DNA of 26,240 nucleotides, from assembly GCA_947462525.1 (NCBI GenBank), contig CANHPK010000001.1, positions 1 through 26,240 on the forward strand. Direction: 5' to 3'. The position numbers were made by a program, and so were the translations under genes. Positions 20,101 through 23,100 of the stretch are shown here, piece after piece (the stretch's first letter is position 1; each line of letters starts with the position of its first letter). The notes under the pieces are model-generated. The model ran no database searches. It saw only the letters and a list, made by a program, of their open reading frames with translations, and was not told where the DNA came from. Origin of the DNA: Roseiflexaceae bacterium. GTDB taxonomy: Bacteria > Chloroflexota > Chloroflexia > Chloroflexales > Roseiflexaceae.

Positions 20101-23100
20101 TCTTCTTTGTCAGTCAGTCCATCTGCATCGGTGTCGATGATCAGGGGGTTGGTACCGAGTGCGACCTCACGGATATCGGCGACACCGTCGGTATCTGTGT
20201 CAAAGCGATCATCACGGGTGTTGTACGTCGTTTCGAGTGTGTTTTTGATGCCGTCATTGTCTGCGTCGACGAACGTCGGGAAGGCGGGGCTTGCAGTCGC
20301 AGGGGACCAGTTGAATGTATATCCCGTTCCCTCTTGCCGCATGGTACTGAATTCCTCGAATGTTGCGGGGAATACATCAAGTTGGGTTGGCGTCGTCTCA
20401 TTGAGGTTTGTGTACTTTGTTTGGCTTTGTGTACCTATATAGCATATTGGTAAAAGAAAGCCACCGAACAAAAAGAAGATAAAGATCGTAAAACAATTCT
20501 GTTGTTGGGTTTTGAAGGCACGAGACAGAATTTGGTCCGGCAATTTGCTGTTGATGCCAGTCAGATTTGTAGTCAATTGGGCATTGAAACTGTAGGAGCT
20601 GCGTTTTTGATTCGAAAAAGAAGCACCGTCGTTTGAGGCACTAGAGTCAGAAATACTCTTTGAGGAACTTTGCCACTGACTATACTGCGACCCAATGCCA
20701 ATATCACCACTTTTGTCGACTTGGGTGGTCCCTAAATTGTACGTAATGGCCGTGTTTCGGGGATCGAGACCGTTCCATTGCCAGAAATACGGCAATGCCA
20801 TCCAGGTCGATGGGAATGGCATCCGCTGAATGTAATCGGTAATCACCAACGTGTTTTGAATCGAATTCCCCACACTGAAGCCTGCTGCCTCATTTAACAG
20901 CCGCGGCGGATCGAAACTCTTTTCGTCGATATACGAAAAAGCATCACTCGGATCGATGAGCAGATTAGTTGCATACGGAGTGAATACATTTGCGATCAAA
21001 CCTGTAATACCGGTGCACAACCATTGCGATTGTGTCGTTCGTCTATCTTTGGCAGATAGTTGACTACACGCTATCGCAGCAATAACATCGATAGCGCCAA
21101 TGATTGCAGCAATAATTTGGCCCACAACCGGGATTTCAGCAATGACAGCAACAATGATAATTGCAATGGTCATGCCAATTGCGCCTGCGATGGCATTGCC
21201 GACTTGATAGGGGAATTCTGCTTTGACGGCGGTATAAATTGCCAGTGCCCAGGTTGCTGCGACGGCAATGCCCACGCCGACATACCCGAGAAACTTGCCG
21301 ACTTTCGCCGCAGTACCTGAGACACTAGCAAAACCCCATTTTCCGGCGTTGATTGCCGTGGCGAGGGTATCACCACTCGCTTTCAATGCTCGATACGACA
21401 CAACCAGGTTCTGCACCAATTGGACGGTATACATGGTCAAAGAGACAGCATTAAACCCCATTGATATTCTGGCAGCAACGACTGAATCCGTCAGGAGTGA
21501 GTTCCCAGCGAGTTGCGCGATCGTCATTCCGATCATCACACCGAGCGCAATCGTTTGTAATACACCTGCAAACAGTAGATTCGCTAACCCGTTCAATTTT
21601 GTGTTTTTTGCAAATGCTTCTATGGCTTTGAGTTGTGCAATTGCGTTCGCAATACCTGCAATACCGTTCGCAGACAGATATGCGGTGGTGAGACTGCCTG
21701 AAAGCCTGTCTTTCTTTTCGTCAGCTGAAGATCCATAGGCAACAAAAATTAAATCACTGAGATTTAATCCAATTGCTGAGGTAAATTTGGCGATTTGGTC
21801 ATTCCATGTATTGCTTAAAGCAGTATCGAGGTAATCAGCACTCGGTCGCTGATCGATACTCGATTCAAGGCTATTCGGATATGTGCGCGACAGCGGATTG
21901 ATGATATTCAATATCGAACTCGCCATGAGACCGGTCTGGAATGACGCCCAATTTGCTTGGGATACGTCTGAAGGTTTTGCACCGTCTGCCAGCGTTGCCC
22001 GCATCGGCCCGAGTTCTTGTATGATTTCGTCATTCTGAAGCGGTTGCCAAACCGTTGTACCGGCGTCAGTTGTTGTCGCCATTTTATAAATCACACCGGA
22101 TAACGACCGGATAGTGGTTGGTTGACTGGCAGTATCAAAAGAAATGTTCGAGGTTGCACTCAACGAAGCCGTACGTTCAATAGACTCCGTCGTAAGGATA
22201 ATTCCTGGCCGACATTTCACTGCAGTACTCGTCACACACGACTGTGCAACTGCCGCAGACGGTGTACCGGATGTACAACCCACACCCGCACTGGCGGAAC
22301 ACAAATTCGCGTTCAGGATTTTCGGTATTTCGACCGTATTGATGAGCATCGATTTTTGTGGCGTTGGATAGCTATACGTTGCTACTTTCGTCGCCGATTT
22401 GTCTACGTGGTAGAGATCAGCAGTCGGAGCCGCTGTATTGCGCGTGTTATCAAACAACGTCGAAATAGATTCGTTCGGATTTGCAGTATTAACATTGTTG
22501 AGGACCGGAGAATTAAGGTAGAACGATCGGAGTGCAAGGTTGATTTTTGCGAGTTGGAGCCTGCGTGATGCCGCATCCTGGTTAATCACTTGGGTTGCGT
22601 CTTCACTGATAACCGCTGCATTGTAACCATAGTACTCGGTTGCATTCAGGCCGGCCAACTTCCAGTCGCTGTAATATGACTGAACGATAGAGCTTGTCGG
22701 TACGCGGTTGGTCAGCGTACAAGTGGGTACTGTTGTTTCTCCTGCGGGAATTTCTGACGGACATGTATCTTGGAGCGCGGTGATAATCCATTGCAGCCGA
22801 TATTCATGACCCGATTGCCATGCTTGCCCAGTCTCGTAATACATCTGTGCGCTGTACGCGACATTTGTACCACTCGCATCGACGTTCGAAATGAGCGGAG
22901 TCGTCAATGTAACTTGTGTGAAGTTTTTTTCGCCTGTAACGGGGTCGACGCTCCAGGAAGGGCTTATTCCGTATGGTCGCAGTTTTTCTACATCGAGCCA
23001 GTTGGGGTACCTCGTTTGGGCGGGGCAGGTGTTCGTCGCGTTGCATGCGAGGACCGGCAGGTTACCGCGGTACGATGGCGAAATGTTGATGCGCACTTCG

